The notes below the pieces were generated by a model that was given only the letters and a program-made list of their open reading frames with translations, was not told where the DNA came from and searched no databases. The position numbers were made by a program, and so were the translations under genes. Below, piece by piece: positions 1-13,979 of a DNA stretch of 64,000 nucleotides (the stretch's first letter is position 1; each line of letters starts with the position of its first letter). Location of the stretch: the NCBI RefSeq assembly GCF_009914755.1, contig NC_060935.1, one strand, 5' to 3'. The stretch is from the human T2T-CHM13v2.0 reference genome, Homo sapiens.

Positions 1-1009
1 TAGCAAGTCTAATTCTAATGCACACACTAACACTGTAGGTATTTAATTTTTTTGAGTAAATACATGCATGAGTAAGTAAAAGGGGAACATAAATATGTTA
101 AAAACCAAACATTCTTTCTATAGATAAAAACAGTGTCAGAAAACTTAAGACAAGAAGCAATATACAGAAACATTTTCAATCCTACAGATTTATGGATCTG
201 GGTGAGCATACACTTAGATCTCCAGAGAAAACCTCCTTCCCCCAGCCAATCTATTCTCAATGCCCTTTTGCAGAAATGGAAAATCAAGAAACTTGCTCAG
301 GTAAATACTCCAGTTATTATCCATGACTTTCCAATGAATTCCTTTGTTCTTGTTAAGGTTATTTAAGCCATCTTTTTTCAGGCAGAATATCCTTTGAACA
401 TAATCAACTTCTCAATTATTACATGTATAAACAAACCTTTTTTCTACTGTCACCCACTGTGGTCCATTTAGATTTAATTGTTTCTTTCCTGGTACTTAGT
501 TTTATTTATTTATTTTTTTCACTCAACAGCTATTGTGTATTCATTTGATCAGGAGTATTTTACTAGAAAATGTTTAATATTATCTTATTCTCTTACTTTC
601 ATTGGGTCACATGGACTTATAAACTTTAATGCACCTTAGGGTTTTTGCCGCAGAAACTGAGAAGTGAAGAAAAGCAGGGTGAATTTCCTGTTGTGTTTCT
701 TATGGCTGTCCGGAAATATCCCATCTGCCCGTGTACATACAGTCATAGAAATGGGAAACATTTTCTATTATTGAAACTAATCTCCTGTTTTATATATGTA
801 TATATAAGTATCCTGAAGCCTAGATGTAATATAATGGGAATCTTGCTAAAAACCAGGTTTCTTTACACATTTTAGTGTCTGTGTCCTCTCCTAGTTCATT
901 CAAGAACACATATAAGAAAACAGTAAGTGGCTATGCATTTTCATTGAAGAATAGGATGTGGTTCTCTAGTGATCACAAATTGTATGGTGTATAGAAGAAA
1001 GTCAAAATG

Positions 1010-1031
1010 CTTTTCTTCTCCATTATTACAG
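1010..1031 (+). promoter_or_regulatory. Probable 3' splice acceptor of the OR coding exon
   Basis: Pyrimidine tract cttttcttctccattattaCAG|gacat, 43 nt upstream of the ATG at 1075. The other four paralogs have an AG at a comparable position. Confidence 0.6.
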
Positions 1032-1074
1032 GACATAGTTCTTTTCCTCAAAGACATCTGCTTCTTCGCTCATC

Positions 1075-2019
1075 ATGCCATCCTTCAACCAGAGTATTTT
1101 CCACCCTGCAGTCTTCTTCCTTACTGGCATCCCTGGCCTTGAAACCCGTCAGATCTGGACCTCCATCCCATTCTGTTGTCTCTATGTCATTGCTATCTCT
1201 GGGAATGGCATGATCCTGTTTGTCATCATCACTGAGTCAAGCCTCCATGAACCCATGTATTATTTTCTCTCCATGCTATCCTTCATGGACCTAGGTCTGT
1301 GTCTTTCTACATTGACCACCATGCTGGGTATTTTCTGGTTCAATGCTCGAGAAATCAGTTTTGATGCCTGCATTGGCCAAATGTTCTTTATCCATGGCTT
1401 CACATTCATGGAGTCCTCAGTACTTTTGGCAATGGCCTTTGACCGCTTTATTGCCATCTGTAACCCACTGAGATATGCCACAATCTTAACCAATTCACGG
1501 ATTATTAAAGTGGGCTTTGCAATTGTTCTTAGGGGAACAACAGCTCTAGTGCCTCTACTCCTGCTCCTTAAGCGCCTCTCCTTCTGCCGTAGTCATGTGC
1601 TCCACCATTCCTACTGCTTCCACCCTGATGCGATGAAGCTCTCATGCACAGACACATGGATCAACAGTGCATTTGGCCTGGCCATTGTTATCTCTACTGC
1701 TGGCTTAGACTCTGTCTTGATCCTCATCTCCTATGTTCTGATCATCCGCTCTGTGCTCTGCATTGCCTCCCCAGAGGAGCAGAAAAAGGCTTTTGGTACC
1801 TGTGTCTCTCACATCAGTGCAGTTGCCATCTTCTACATCCCCATGATCAGTTTGTCACTAGTGCACAGATTTGGAAAGCATGCCCCTCCCCTTGTGCACA
1901 TGCTCATTGCCAATGTTTATCTGCTTATCCCTCCTGTAATGAATCCCATAATCTACAGTGTAAAGACCAAGTAAATTCGCAAGGCTGTGCTCAAAGCATT
2001 TCTTTCTAAGCTAATTTAG
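1075..2019 (+). pseudogene. OR51F5P: Class I olfactory receptor OR51 family, near-intact pseudogene (299-aa ORF; premature TAA at 1972-1974; ancestral stop TAG at 2017-2019)
   Basis: ORF 1075..1974 has LHEPMYYFLSML, MAFDRFIAICNPLRY, HSYCFHPD, KAFGTCVSH and PPVMNPIIYSVKTK. The TAA sits where paralogs have Gln (KTKQIR), and the frame continues IRKAVLKAFLSKLI-TAG. Symbol inferred from recalled gene order next to OR51F1. Confidence 0.88.
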
Positions 2020-3144
2020 GGAAGTTTGAGTGTACTCCTTCTTTACCAAGTCTTCCCTGACCCATGTTTGATCATTCAGTACTGTGAGTTACTGTTGTTT
2101 ATTGAAACAGCTGGTTTCAACATGCTTTCTTTCTATTCTGATGATCCACTAACTTACCATTTACACAGTTCTAAATGGTGAGTTATTTAAGGGCAGAGAT
2201 TATGTCAGTACTTCTGATCCTTTCATGAATACTGAACCTAGCACAGTATAGGACCACAGTTAAAATATGTCCGAAAGCATGCACAAGTAAAGTCATACTT
2301 GGAGTTTAGGAGTCTCACCACCTCTAGAGCATGTAGCTATCCAAAGTAGATCTCATGTAACATAGATCAGTAGGCAAAGTCTAGGTTTTAGTAATTCTTA
2401 CAGTTTATTTGTGATGATTCATTATTCCACCAGACAGATTGTAAATGGCTGAAGAATATGAATAAGCACAATAAGCAAGAAGTATTAATAAAAGGACTAC
2501 TTTCCTAATTCTTAAAAGAGTACTTGAGGTCACCTTGGTAAATGCATTTGTATTTTAATAGTAGAAGATCTGGGGGTCCATTGTCTAAATATATGTCTAA
2601 AGAAGAAAAATGGGCAAGAATGTAAAGATATATTGTGATGTTCAACACATCATTCATTATACATTGCAATGAACATGTGGAAACTGCTTAAATAATTACT
2701 TTAGGGTACTGACCTAATAAAACATAAAATACAATGCAACAAGTTAAATACTGATACAAATATAAATTACATTTTGTTAAAAAATATAGGTTAGTATACA
2801 AAGTACTTACTTGTGTATATATTTCACGTGAATATGTGTAAATGCACATTAAAAAGTATAAATAGACATATCCCAAACATTACAACAGCTTATATTTGAT
2901 AGCTGGATATTGTTTTGCTGACATATTCTTTACACTTTCTTGCATTTTATAAATGTTCAATAATGAGGGTTTCTTTTTCTTTTTGGATAATGAAGTAATT
3001 TCCACTTAATACCTTCCCACAAAACAAAACTTTTTTAGTTCTTCATCTTACATAAGATCTTCATTCCAGTGGGTCTTCACAGATCTGGCCTCATGCAACC
3101 CACTGAATACACTCATAAGATGACATCCACTTTCTACTTGCATC

Positions 3145-3325
3145 TATCACTTTTCTCAATGTGGTCCAGCATCTGTGCATCCAAACCACTTGACACTTCC
3201 GTTTAAAGTGCAGATTCCTCAATTCCGCTCCAGAGCTACTTAAACAGAAGCCCTTGAAATGGAACCCACAAATTTGCATTTTAACAAGACATTTACGGAT
3301 TATCATGTATGAAAGAGTAACACTT
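3145..3325. mobile_element. MER5-like (hAT-Charlie) DNA transposon remnant
   Basis: Typical MER5 core: aagtgcagattcctc...cagaagcccttgaaatggaacccacaaatttgcattttaacaag. Boundaries approximate. Confidence 0.6.
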
Positions 3326-6300
3326 TTCTGGGGTCTATCCACTTTGATGAATTATATATATTTCTGAAAAACACCAGGAATATATTGCCTCTAAGTCTGT
3401 GATTATTTTGCTCTCTCTGACTGACATACCCACCTCTTTCTTTTCCTGATTGTTCCATTTATTATTCTTTCAGGTGCTGTTAATAAATCTTTGTCTTACA
3501 GGGAGTCAGATTTCTCTTCCCCTACTGATCTGAAACTTTTTGAAAATGGGCATTGGACTTTGGGAATTGATGTATCTCGCACAGATACAAGTGCAGTGCT
3601 TTATTAATAATAGCTACTTAATGTATGCTTATTGAATTAAATTTATTTTTATATAACTTCACATATATACTGACATATTTTGAGCATCTTCATTTTGGCA
3701 AACACTGTGGAAGGGAGGTACTAGGGATAAAACAGTGAATGGGGAAGGCACAGCCTTCATTCTTAAGGTGTTTAAATCTGACTAAACATATCTAAATTCA
3801 AACAATATTTTAATCAGTTTTTACTTACAAACTGTGTACAAAACATTATACCACATGCTAAGAGTAGTCATAGATGGCGGTCTCTCTTTCTCCCAGTAGA
3901 AGCCTGAACCAATGGAAAAACAACCAGCCCAGGAAATACTTGACTTAATAAGAAAAATATAGCTCCTAGAAATTTACTGTTTAATAGAGAAAATATAATA
4001 TGCACTCATTTCTAAGCAATGAAAGCATAAACATAAGTTATTTAAATTTCATATGGATAGGAAAAGTTTTCAAAAATAATTTTGAAGTTGGAGCAACCAC
4101 ATTTTTGGGTGTATCTTAAAATAGATGTACTAAGAATGTTATTGTGAAAGTAACAATTTTGATTCATGCTTTAATAATGTAATTTATGAAGTGTCAATTA
4201 CAGATAATCTTGTATAGTATAGTTATACGTACCTTAATAAAATCCACTTTGAAGTATATTTATTTTCTCTCTTTATAAAGTAATACTTTATATTTTTTCT
4301 TATTTCTAAGTTTTTTTTTCTTTTAATCTTACAGCTTATATCTCTTATTTTTCCCTACTATCTATGTTACACTCTGAATTCAACAACATCCAATACTATG
4401 GTCTATACATTTTGCTTTTATTTATAGTCCATCTGAAACAATGGTTGTTTAAAACTGTGAGAACTAATGCTGAAAATAGTAGTCTGGTTAATCTGAAGTA
4501 GACTTTGAAAGAGTAGGCGATAGGGTGTTGAGGTTCTGTTTGAGAATGTCTTCTAAATTGACATTTCTATAAACGGATATATCAGAGTTTAGGGGGAAAA
4601 TGTGATGTTTGTACCATTCAGGTTGATATTGAAACCAAGCAGAAAACTGCAATATATTAGGGATTCTCAAATTAGGTGCCTGACTTCCTCAGCTGCTTCA
4701 CGTGGAGCTGTAAAAATGAATTTTTCTAGGGAAGAGGAAAGACTAAGTTCCATGCTGTGTTATTTGTATTATGTTATTTAGATTCAAATGACTTAGGATG
4801 CATAAAAGATCTTCATGCCTAACATAGATCCTGTCTCCCTATTTAGCTTCATCTCTCCCCCACACTGGCACCCAGGGTTCCAAGTGAGCTGAGTCTGTTA
4901 TTAGTCACCTTCTGTTCTTCCTACACTCTGTGCTCCATTGTCTCCTGACAGACCTGGTTCTGAGTTTCCTTCAGGATAAACACAACTCTTCTGTACTGTC
5001 ATCGTAAATATCCCTCATTGTAAACACTGAGTTTTATGTCTGTTTCCACAGGTGGTTCCCTCCAAGGAGCTCTGGAGGGAAAAGACTCTGTTTTATTCTC
5101 TGTATTACCAGTACGAAGTCCTAGAATATGAAAGATACTTCAAATGTTCCATGAAAGAATAAATGAAGATTTTTGGGGGGCATAGAGTGAAGCACAAGCA
5201 GAGGGGTTTCTAAAAATATATAAAATTCACCTAAATAATATAGGAGGAAGATAAGTTTATCAGTTGGGTGTGGGAGTGGTGTGAAGATGAGGGGCGATCT
5301 GGTGGGTTTTTTTGGGAGGGTGTGGTTACTCACAAATTTACTTTTAAGAAAATTTTAACAACACATAAGATCAAAGACCTGTAACAGCAGTCCCTTCATG
5401 GAAACTATAAAAGAACATGAAGTAGAAGGAGAAGAAAGCCATGAAGTAGAATGAGCCCTTGGGAAGCTTCATACTCTGGGGGCTGCAGAAATCACCACCA
5501 GGAGCTTATTAAGAGCTTTCAGGCATCCTGAGATATGGCTTCAGATATATGCTACTTATTTCTGGGTAGAATACATCCCCAGCTCCTCAGGCTCCTTTCT
5601 GGAAAACAGGCAGGAAAGAACACATCCTTATACTTTGTAAGTAAAACTGCTGCATTTACGAAAAACATTACACTTTACACGCCCTGGTTTCTTTTAAGAA
5701 TGAGGGGGACTTTATTAGCTGCAGAAAGCTCTTGTGGGTGCCTAAGGAAAATTGTGGAAATCTATTTTCTGAAATCTGTATTTTCTAGGAACATTCTATT
5801 CTGAGGAGGTTTGATTGGTCTATGAGCCATTTGTTTTGCTGCTTAGAGCAGGTTGTTAATGTGTCCATGCAATTTTAAGTTTCCTGGTTAGTTGTGTCAC
5901 ATTTTATAACTGCCACTGAAGGTCCTAAAGTCAACAGCCACTACCACCGTCACACACACTGCCACTGCCATTCTTATCCTCATCCTCATCTTCATTTACC
6001 AATATCACGTGACTTCCACGTCCCACACACTGGTCAGCATATTATATGCTTTGCAATGTTATCTTGTTTAATCCTTACAAAGTAGTGCCATTGGTGAACT
6101 ACCAGTTTCACCTTAGTGGAATCTGATGTAAAGTGCTTATTTGGAGAACTCCGGCTAGCTCTAGGTGGCAGAGACCAAATTTGAACCTAGGTTTGTATGA
6201 CGGTATAACAATATCACTTACTCTGTAATCAGAGAAGAGAGATAAGTCAAGGTAGCCCAGGAAATAACTTGAAACACATTCTTACAATGGGCCTGGAGTG

Positions 6301-6400
6301 TTATCTTGGTATAATAGGAAGATAATTACTGTCAACAAATGGGAGGGCACATAAAAGTTAACCCTCCAATACTAGGACAGAGTCTTCCATCAGTAAAACC

Positions 6401-6405
<5 letters not shown>

Positions 6406-6463
<58 letters not shown>
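6406..6463. repeat. Compound microsatellite (TC)n(CA)n
   Basis: Directly visible. Confidence 0.97.
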
Positions 6464-6465
<2 letters not shown>

Positions 6466-7234
6466 TACTCAGTTTGTGAGAACACTGGAGAGCTCTGTGC
6501 GATTCTTCCAGAAGCCACATATATAATTTTAGGCAACACAGCATGTTTTAAATAGACAAAATTGAATGTGTTGAGGTCCTGAGATGTGTTCAGAATCTTG
6601 GTCAGTTAACAACTCTTGGATTGAATTCACATCAACATGTATATATTGTATGCCCATACTTCTCAAAATATATTTCAAGGTATTGGGAATATAATGATGA
6701 AAAAACAATGAACTACCTTCCAGTAACTTAATTTTGTTAGAGAGGTGTATTTGATCGTACAATGGAATAAACACTATTTTAGATGCATAAATATAAAAGA
6801 ATATCGTTTCATCAAGCTGTTATCAAATAAAGTCTTTTTTTCCTGTAAAAAAAAAAAAAAAAAGAATATAACTCCAGAGGAAGAAGTAAGTTCTTCTGAC
6901 TTGACTTAGAGTAGGTGATGCCACCAAATGCTTCCTGAAATAAATTCATGTTTAATTTATACGTAGTTCGGTGGATCAAATAGTGGATCTAAAATTTTTT
7001 GTCTTATTCAAAAAAGAGAGAACTACATGAATTAAGCAAGCACATTAGTGTGAAAGAACTTGCTATATTTGGTAGTTTGGTGAAGTAGGGAAAAGCCCAG
7101 GTGGAGTATATAAAAAGATTTCTGAGGGTAGGGAGGAAGGTCACTAATAAAACTGGAAGATAAATATGGTCAATCAAGAGACATTTCAGAAGTTGAACCT
7201 ATAAAGATTTGGAGACTGGATAGCCATGACAGAT

Positions 7235-7879
7235 GGGGTTGGTAGAATTCTAAAAGGGCTCTAAAGATTTCTGCCCATCCTGGTGTACTTGTCCTGAGCA
7301 ATACCCATGCCTTGGGTGTGTGAGTGGGGCCTGTGAATGTGATGGGATATCACTCCCATGATTACGTTACATTATATGGCAAAAGGATTTAACAGATGTA
7401 ACTAAGGTCCCTGATTACTTGACTTTGAGTTAATCAAAAGGAAGACTATCCTTCTAGGGCTTACCTAATCACGGAAGTCTTTAAAAGAGAGAAGAATCTC
7501 GAAGGAGGTTCTACTGCTGGATTTGAAGACCTAAGATGTCATATTGTGAGAAGAACACATGACTGGGACTGAGGGTAGCCTCTAGAAGCTAAAAGCCCAG
7601 CAAGAAATTGGAGACCTCAACCATATACCACAAGGAACTAAATTCCTACGGCAATCTGAGTGAGGATTGTAATTAAGAACAATCTCCAATTGTTCCTCTC
7701 CAATTAAGAACATGGTACTGGCTGGAATTTTAATTTCAACCGTGCGAGATCCTGAGTAGTGCACCTACTTTTGCTGTGCTCAGACATCTGCCTTACTGAA
7801 CTGTGAGGTAATATATGTGTCTTGTTTAAAGTCACTGAATTTTTAGTAATTTCTTATGCAGCTATAGACAACTAATGCA
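7235..7879 (+). mobile_element. MaLR solo LTR, MLT1E/F-like
   Basis: Contains gggcctgtgaatgtgatgggatatcactcccatgattacgttacattatatggcaaaagg...gatgtaactaaggtcc and ends gcagctatagacaactaatgca, like MLT1 LTRs. Confidence 0.75.
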
Positions 7880-8155
7880 ACAAAGAATGTTTTGATCAAA
7901 AACAGAACCAGATTTCAAATATAGGTATGAATCATGAGGGAGGGAAATGAGGATAGACAAATCATTTTATGAGTTGTTGGTGTAGGAAAGGAGATACACA
8001 CAGCAGGGATGCAGGCTAAGAAGAACGTTGTTCTTGTTGTTTTTAATTATATTTAGATTGAGGGATAAATTGCATGTTTATATAGATTGTATGAATAGAA
8101 AAAATCTCTTATGCTTTTGAAGCAAAGAAGATAATTCCATACTTGATCTCTCTTA

Positions 8156-8470
<315 letters not shown>

Positions 8471-9154
8471 CTTTCTTACCTCTTAAACACTACCTTTTGG
8501 TACGTTTTATCTCACACTTTAGTGGCATTTCTAAAATATCTGAAACCCCATTGCCTTTGAATATGCTTAGAATTTCTTTCATGATGATTTTCACTTATCA
8601 GCCTCTGCTCGACAATTCTTTACTTACTCAGAGAAGCCGTTTGACTCCATCCCCTCCAACTTTCTAATATAGATACCTCTGTATTTTAAATACAGTCTTA
8701 TTATTTGTTTGTTTGCACATTTGTTTTCTGAACTATCCTATTATTTCCTTATGATCCTCAGGGCAGGTGCAATACTTGACTTGGCTCTGTATCTCAACAG
8801 TCTGGATTGCGGCTTGCACTCAGTAATGTTTGATGTTAAACAAAGCTAACATCCAAGATAGATTGAGACTAGGTAATGGGGGTTGTCTGGAAAGGAGTAA
8901 GAGCTCTTCTTTTTAACTTGGAAAGATGAAGAAAGGATGAGAAAAACATAGTTGTAGCGGAAGAAGAGATGAAATGAGAAAGAGATATTAACCAGTGGAT
9001 ATTACCTAAATTAGATTTAGAATATTTCCATGTTGTTTTTTTTTTTTCTCAGCTACCAGATAAAGAGACAAGTAGATACATGATGGTGGGGGTTGGGGAT
9101 AGATTTTGGAAAACAATGTGTGTACACTTTTTTAACTTTAATTTTTCTCTTTAA

Positions 9155-9360
9155 TGATAATAACTAACATTTGGTAAGTTTTTTACCACAGTGAGATGCT
9201 CTGCTGAGATTTTCACATACGTTAATCTTCACAACAGTCCTGTGGATATGCATACCATTGTTACTTTAGAGATGGGGAAAATGAGGCACATACAGTTTAG
9301 TAACTCATCATGTGGTAACCCAGCTGGTAAATGTCAAGAGTATTTTAACCCAGTTAAAAT
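9155..9360 (-). mobile_element. MIR SINE remnant
   Basis: MIR core: ttaatcttcacaacagtcctgtg...ttactttagagatggggaaaatgaggcac. Confidence 0.65.
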
Positions 9361-10120
9361 TTATAACATGCAGCTGTAAAAAACGTTGACTTGGGATGCA
9401 GGATAAAAATTCATAACATTAAACTATCCATAATACTTTCATACTGGAGGCCCCATATATTCTAATTCTGGCTTATACATAAGTATATGTTTTTATATCT
9501 AACTCACACTCGTTATGTGGTATGAAAATTTCTTAGGGACAGTTTAAATTTTAATATCACGAATAGACTGTATGCTTGTCCAGGGTATTATCACACTGCA
9601 GATAGTAGGGGATCAACAAATGTTGGCTATTTATTAGACATATTGGATCTGATTCTGATTGAAAGAAAATAGCAGGAGATAAAGAGAGGATTTTTTGGAT
9701 GGGCCTCTAAAAGCTAGCGTAATTCAATTACTGTATCAGAATCACTGCATATATTACTCTTTGTCTAAAATATCATACAACCCTTTGAACACACTTCAAC
9801 AAATATTTGCTGACTACCTACCACTTGAAGTCACTTATCAGACATGTGAACTTAAATAAGACGGAATGCTGCTCTCTTTGTTTTTGTGCAAATTCTGTAT
9901 CCTCAGGGAACCATTCATTTCCTGTTTTCTGCTCCTTTGTTTGATGTGGCCTTCATTTGTTGTTGCCATTAACCAATCTTTATGGGCTTTCTATATAAGG
10001 TAGACATTATCTTTTATAAATGTTTACTTGGTGAAATAATTTCAGATTAAATGCATAATAAATAAATACAGTTTATCATTGCCAGACACTCAGCTTAAGA
10101 TTCTGCCATTTGAGTTCAAT

Positions 10121-11071
10121 ATGTCAACTTTGCAGAATATCACCTCCACTTCCATCATTTTCCTGCTCCCTGGTGTTCCTGGGCTGGAAGCCTTCCACAC
10201 CTGGATCTCCATTCCCTTCTGCTTCCTCTATGTAACTGCCCTCTCAGGAAACAGCCTGATCCTCTTTGCCATCGTTACTCAGCCCAGCCTCCACGAACCC
10301 ATGTATTATTTCCTCTCCATGCTGTCCACCACTGACCTCGGCCTGTCCATATCCACTCTGGTCACCATTCTGGGTATATTCTGCTTCAATGTGAGGGAAA
10401 TCAGCTTTAATGCCCGCTTGTCCCAGATGTTCTTTCTTCAACTCTTCACTGTCATGGAATCTTCAGTGCTGTTGGCCATGGCTTTTGATCGTTTTGTGGC
10501 CATTACTAATCCTCTTAGATATGCTTCTGTCTTAACTGATCTTAAAATAGCACAGATTTGAGTAGCAATTATCACCAGGGGAACAATAACACTGACTCCT
10601 ATGGTGTTGCTTCTTAAAAGACTGTCCTACTGCTGCAGCCACGTGCTCCACCACTCCTATTGCTTTTACCCTGATGTGATGAAGCTCTCATGCACAGACA
10701 CCAGGATCAACAGTGCAGTTGGGCTGACTGCCCTGATTACCACTGCTGGGGCAGATTCTGTCTTTATTGTCCTGTCTTATATTTTGATCATTAAGACTGT
10801 TCTCAGCATTGCTTCCCCGGAAGAAAGGAAGAAAGCCTTCAGCACATGTATCTCCCATATTGGGGCTGTTGCTGTATTTTACATTCCATTGATCACTCTG
10901 TCCTTTGTTCACAGGTTTGGGAAGCAGGCCCCACCCTATGTGCATACTTTGATTGCCAATGCCTACCTACTAATCCCTCCTGTAATGAACCCCATCATCT
11001 ACAGTGTGAAGACCAAACAGATACGCTAGGCTGTGCTAAAAGTACTCCATTGTAGCACGGCAAAGAACTAG
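10121..11071 (+). pseudogene. OR51C4P: OR51 family olfactory receptor pseudogene (in-frame stops TGA 10559-10561 and TAG 11027-11029)
   Basis: ATG at 10121 (MSTLQNITS). ORFs 10079-10561 and 10601-11029 are in the same frame and together give a 316-codon OR ending at TAG 11069-11071. The conserved TM3 Cys is also lost (CGC at 10415-10417, NARLSQ). Symbol from recalled gene order. Confidence 0.85.
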
Positions 11072-11959
11072 ATGAACCTTTCAATTTTTTCTAGTCTTTG
11101 TCATTTTATAGATGAGTAAAATGCCATTCAGAGAGGTTAATATGTTTAGACTCAGGCTTGTATTTAAAGTTTCCCAAAATACAACTTAGTTTGAAGTAAG
11201 AAGACTGTGAACTCAGAGAGATTAATATGAGCTGAAGATTCTCAAGGATACCATTCTTTTCCTTTGATAGTCATGATGATAATAAGAACATTTGTACATT
11301 TGAGATGAATCATTTTCAAAGACTTTGTTAACTAATGGTGCAGCTTAGTTTGCAAATGCGGTATTATTTTGTTTTAAAAAAATAGAAAAAGAGAAAGTGT
11401 CTACTTATTATTTAAACTTCTCCTTTAAAGAGATAAGTAACATCACGCTGCTCTCAAATGGGAATAAAAAGTGCATTAACAATTTCAAATTACTGAATCT
11501 TATAAACGAAATTTACCATAGACAGCTTGCCGTGTCCATGGTTACTCAATTGTTCCAAATATTTTTACTTTCCTTTGCCTCTGGCCTCCTTGACCTCCAC
11601 ATTTAACAGCTAGTATAATAAATAAATATTTTATTGCATTGTCAGTAACCGAACTGTATTTGGTCAAATATTCATACTTTCTCCCAGCTCTTCAGGGAAG
11701 ATGTCGAGCATAAGCATTCTGTGAAATACAACTATGCTTAATTCAACTCCAATCTGTATAGTTTCTTCAGAAGTAGTAATGTCATGCTTATTGCTAAACA
11801 AGCGTGTTCCTGCTTTTGGGAAATACCATCTTCAAATAAATTAATTTTCTGTAAGGCCTCAAGGTTAACAAGAAGCAAATACAGAAATATTTTAATCTGG
11901 TGGGATTTATAATGCTATGCTTGGACCTTATCCTCAAGGAAAGTTGAAGTGGATATGCT

Positions 11960-12700
11960 ATTCGGGTCTAGATTGAAAAATAGAAATCACACCAGTGACT
12001 AACACAGGAAGCATTTAGTACAAAGAACTGGATAAACAGGTATTAGAGGACTGAAAGGGAAAAAAAGGAACACAGGAATAATGCAGGGATAATAACTACA
12101 GGAAGTTTCCTCTACTTATATGACCTTGGGAACAAAGAGAAGAGTTTGGGCTTATTAAAAACTATGATTTTGGTGGAGAGTTCCCCCAAGAGCTTATATT
12201 CTGACCTATAATGAGAGGGAGCTGCTCTTTTGATTCTGGTACCTTAGGAGTTCAAAGGATGGAGAACATGAGGCCAAGAGCCAACCTTGCAGGAAAGGGG
12301 ACTTCCCCGCTCGCTATAGCTCATGCCTCAGGAACACCACAGAAAGACCTCTCGTGGAGTTGAGACTTAGGTCCCTGAATACAGCCCACTGATGGTTGAT
12401 TCTATTTCTTCTGAGGGGCATGATGAGATTATTGCTGGAAGTGTGGGAAAAAATAAAACTAGAAACTGGAACCAATGCATCTGGGCAAAGAACTATTGCT
12501 CTGATGGCACTGATAGGGACAACAAGCAAACATGATAGACATATTTGTCCCTACAGCAGCTTCCGGTGTCCTAGCCTCCCCCAATTAATGGACCATAGCA
12601 GGGAACCAAACAATTATTCTGATTCATGAGTTGCAGCCTTCTTATCAAAAGCAGAGTCTATAGAATGGTGGATTTGGAGCTGAGAAAGCCAATAGCCACC
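11960..12700. mobile_element. Ancient LTR remnant (LTR78/79-like)
   Basis: The start gggtctagattgaaaaatagaaatcacaccag resembles old ERV LTR termini, and a similar start occurs at about 20722. Recognised by eye only. Confidence 0.35.
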
Positions 12701-13452
12701 ACAATGGAGTAAGGTGCTTGTAACGCAAGCTCAATATGGTCATGATAGGGGTTTTATTAGGTACTCCATCCTGGACTGCTGTTAATAACAGCAGTAACTA
12801 ATAACTACAGCCAGCTAAATGCTTTCACAGTTCACCAAGTATCATTACATACAATCTTCTGAAAGCATGCTAGTTGACAATTTTGGGGTATTTCTTGGGG
12901 ATGTTTTCTCTCCTTTCTACCAAATATCTACTTCTCCTAGGACATGCCCCCTCTCTCCTCCACCACTTCAGGTCTCCTGTGCAATGGCCAGCAACAGAGT
13001 TTCAAGTTGTGTCTGAGTCAATGGCTGTTTTGGAGCTTACTGGCTTTCAAGGACTCTTTGTCTTATCTCTCATCTTTCCAATTGCTCTCATGTCTGTTCA
13101 TGAGTGGATTTTTTTCCCAAAGACAGAGAATATGGCATATCTATTTTTAGGTGATATATTTTGACTGGAAACTTGTGCTCATTATTTTCACTGTCATCTT
13201 AATATCCAGTTCTAGTGTCTATTATTTTGTGCTTTTCTTCATGCTTCAGGGTGTTGACCAAAATGGACTGCATCATCAGGTTCTCTTGTGAGCTGACTTG
13301 GGGTTGGGTTCACAAAACCAAAGGCACCAGAAGGAGAATGTAGAGTTGGAGGAGACATTCTGCTTTGACAATGTTTCGTCCTCCTGCTTTGGCCCCTGGA
13401 ATCATAATGGTTTCTCACTATCACCAGTCTCCAGGCATCTCAGCATCCCTTG

Positions 13453-13724
13453 TGATACTGTTTGGATCTCTGTCCCGACCCAAATCTCATGTTGAAATGT
13501 AATCCCCAATGGGTCACATCTTCCTTTTGCTCCAACCGTGTGAAGTGCATTGTTCTCACTTTGCCTTCTGCCATGATTGAAAGCTTCCTGAGGCCTCCCC
13601 AGAAGCAGAAGTCGCTATACTTCTTGCATAGCCTGCAAAACTGTGAGCCAGTTAAACCTCTTTTCTTTATAAGTTACCCAGTCTCAGGTATTTATTTATA
13701 GCAGTGTGAGAATGGACTAACACA
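13453..13724 (+). mobile_element. MaLR solo LTR MSTA-like, internally deleted
   Basis: TG...CA termini (tgatactgtttggatctctg ... ggactaacaca) with 5-bp TSD CCTTG at 13448-13452 and 13725-13729. Confidence 0.88.
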
Positions 13725-13979
13725 CCTTGTTTGTTTCCTAAGCCATGTCCATTATTCTATAATTCATTTTTTCACTGGCATCTCTCACTTTAAATTATTC
13801 TGAATTTTGTTTATTTCCTGCTGATTTTGTGACTGATACATATCTCTTTAATGAGCAAAGATAATGACTCCTTGATCTTAATAGGTCTACTTTTACTTAA
13901 TCTTAAATACTTTTTGAGTTTGAAATGCATTTAATAGATGCCAATTGGTTTTTCACCACCTAAGGCGTGAAGTAATTAC

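Noticed and set aside
1644-2009. Cys/His-rich alternative-frame ORFs overlapping OR genes (also 10846-11055 and 43652-43921)
   Set aside because: They are shifted-frame readings of hydrophobic OR codons, and recur only because the genes are paralogous.
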